In this document: piece by piece, positions 61,445 to 64,000 of the stretch
Position numbering within the stretch: the stretch's first letter is position 1
Layout: every line of letters starts with the position of its first letter
Origin: Felis catus
Taxonomy: Eukaryota
Assembly: GCF_018350175.1 (NCBI RefSeq)
Contig: NC_058368.1
Coordinates: forward strand, 34,288,001-34,352,000
DNA: 64,000 bases
Reading direction: 5' to 3'
Notes under the pieces: model-generated
Database searches by the model: none
The model's input: only the letters and a program-made list of their open reading frames with translations
What the model was told of the DNA's origin: nothing
Made by a program: the position numbers and the translations under genes

Positions 61445-62337
61445 AGTGAGTTCATATTAAATTACCTGACCAGATTGGGTGTATACAATTAAAAATTTTT
61501 TAGAGTAACAGATATAGTTGCTGAATAAAATATATGTAACTCCTGAAAAAAAAAAAAGAGAGAAAAAATTTGGAGTTCCCCACTCTGCCTTTTTTATAAT
61601 GTCCTTTTGATTACCATACACCCCCAATCTGCTTATAATATTCAGACACCTAGATGCTACTGAGTAGAGAAAAAGTAAGTTCTCTATTTTTATATTTTAT
61701 GTTTATTTTTAAACCTACAATTCTTGCACTCACATCACCATCTTATTGAGTTTGTTGATAATTTTTTGCCATTTTAAATGTTTTTGTATGACCTAGGTTT
61801 AAGATTCTGCATGTCAATGTAATATGTAAAGATAATGAAAGATTTTTACAAAATTCTGAGGGAGAAAAGTATGATCCCCAGATTATTTATACTGTTTAGA
61901 TACTTTATGTAAAAGCAGTGGGCAGATATTCTCAAAGACATAAATAAACAATAAAAAAAATTGAGCTGTTTTTTGAAAATAAAATAATCATAAAATCCAG
62001 CCAAGTAATGCATGCTATATGCTATTAAATATGCTAAGTTATTATTTGGAATTATTTGTAGAAACAATTATAAGTTCAGATAAAAATTGGAAGGAAAATT
62101 TGTCCTTAACAGCTATTGGGGAAGAAAGTGTTATGGTTTATTAGGAGTTTCAGTTTTCAACTTGTATGTTGGATTAAATTTCTACATGTGGAAGATTTTT
62201 GGAGGGCATTCTAATAGAAGAATGATGAAGAGAATTACTAAAAGAAAAATGAGTGACACTTGTGTGATATTACGCAGTGAAGAGACTCCTTTCTGTATAG
62301 AATGAGTTGTGAAGTTGCAAGACAAAAGGTAAGGAGA

Positions 62338-62470
62338 TCATTCTATTCATTATTCATTCATCCATCCATTCATTCCTTTGACAGATATGTATTTAGACGG
62401 TATTACGATCCAGGCATTATTTTAGTACTTTGGTATCAGTGAACAAACAGATGAAAATCCCCGTTGTCTC
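62338..62470 (-). mobile_element. L2 3' end
   Basis: (TTCA)n-like start, CCAGGCATTATTTTAG...CAGTGAACAAACAGA...AAATCCC. Confidence 0.65.
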
Positions 62471-64000
62471 AATGTCGCTTCTGGGGACAGTGGAGACTGT
62501 CATTGTTAGATATGGAATGCTGAGTAGGTACCGACTATGGTAGTGATGTTAGCAATGGAAAAAAATAAATTATAAAAAAGACAAATCAGATGTACAAGCA
62601 GCATTGCATATCAACTAATGAGATATTCAGGAAGATATATTCTTAATAAGAGTGTCTTGTAGGCTTATGCTATCATTTATATATGAATTACCATGGCTTC
62701 CATCTGAATGTAATAATGCCACATTCCTGATCCTGTCTTTATTGTTTACCACAGAGTTCAAAAAGGATTTAAAGCACCTTACAGAAATATATATAGTAAA
62801 ATGGGATAAATCTCTGTACTCTTTGTTTCCAAACTCTCTGGAGATTGAGTTTTTCTAACAAAAATAATCCCCTTATCAAGATCACACAACTATTCATAAA
62901 ACAGGGGGGGCGGGGGCTTAGAAAATTGTCTTTCTTGGATCACTAAATAATTATTTTGAGGATTACGTGCTTCTATAATGCTTACTTCACTGGAATTTAA
63001 GGATTGATGAGCTCAGAATCTGCTAAGGATTTAAGAGCTTTTCAAGGAAATGATCTATATAAATACAGGGTTTTACATTACAATATTCTCCTTTTTCACT
63101 GCCATGTCAAGGTGGGGCTCACTCAGAGAGCAGCTTATGTGGCATTTACTCCATAAGCTGCCGATTATATTCTTTAGTGTCTGTGAGCCACAGCTTCTCA
63201 CAGATGGTACCTGCTATACTCACAACTTCTTAGCGTGGTGTGTCAGTCATCACAGACTCTCTACATGGCCATAATTCTTTTCAGATTCTAGGGTGACATT
63301 TGAAGTACATCATATTTGACAGCTGCTCTACTTACTTGATAAACAGTGTTGATGACAAAGTTTTTTGTAATTTTTGTTTTACTGACTCCATTTACAACTT
63401 AAAGTAGAGTTAATTTGTGTTTACCCAAAAAAAAGTGAATTTGCAAATGAATTGGCAAATTACAATAATTTTCTAATTAACTAAAAGAAAATTAAAAACA
63501 AAAATTACCCTCAATTACCTGCAAATTTCAGGGAAGAAAAACCCTGCAAATTCCTTAATTTACTTGATTATAACTATTTTCCCATTTTCTTCTTTTTTTT
63601 TTCCATATGCCTTTGAGTAGCCTATATTAAAAAAATAATAAGCTATTATTTATATATTTTTTTCTTCTCCCCCTATAATGTTATGGTCTGAAGTTCCTTG
63701 GAGTTCTCACCAATGTCCTTTAGTGGTAATAAAAAACATTACTATGAAACTACAACATTGGCACTATATGTTTTAACCATGCTGTGTGCTATATGCTATA
63801 TGTGTATTCTGTCTGACATCTAGGGAGCACACTCCTAAGTAGAGAGCTTACAGTGAAGAGTCTAATGAAGGAAACAGTGTACTGAAATTGTGTGTGGGCA
63901 TGTGAGGCGGGGTGGGGGAGTGGGGGTGGGGGGTTAGGAATTAAAAATATATATATTAAAAATTCATTTGTATGGGAAGTTTGCCATTTACTTTTTGATA

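Noticed and set aside
63130..63206. H/ACA snoRNA interpretation of the two hairpins
   Set aside because: Hairpins are far too short and have no pseudouridylation pockets

Overview
AT-rich, non-coding mammalian genomic DNA from a cat-family (felid) genome. The assignment rests on about 21 tRNA-derived Can-SINEs, including a very young felid subfamily, and felid/carnivore L1 3' ends. I find no intact protein-coding gene, no convincing coding exon, no RNA gene and nothing prokaryotic, so this is intergenic DNA or part of a very large intron. The best-supported non-repeat feature is a 5'-truncated RPS18 processed pseudogene (minus strand, 12006-12631) with its own target-site duplication (TSD) and a later SINE inserted in its 3'UTR. 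A deeply nested transposon stack at about 45.6-54.5 kb contains a decayed ERV-L-class provirus (RT, integrase and dUTPase remnants plus an LTR16-like LTR). Also present are solo LTRs, MIR/L2 fossils, microsatellites and several transposon-free blocks that may be regulatory. The most intriguing unexplained spot is 18.3-18.5 kb, with a split RE1/REST-like motif next to a CpG-retaining hairpin. I did not find evidence for a new biological system. Repeat subfamily names come from recalled consensus sequences and need RepeatMasker/Dfam confirmation.
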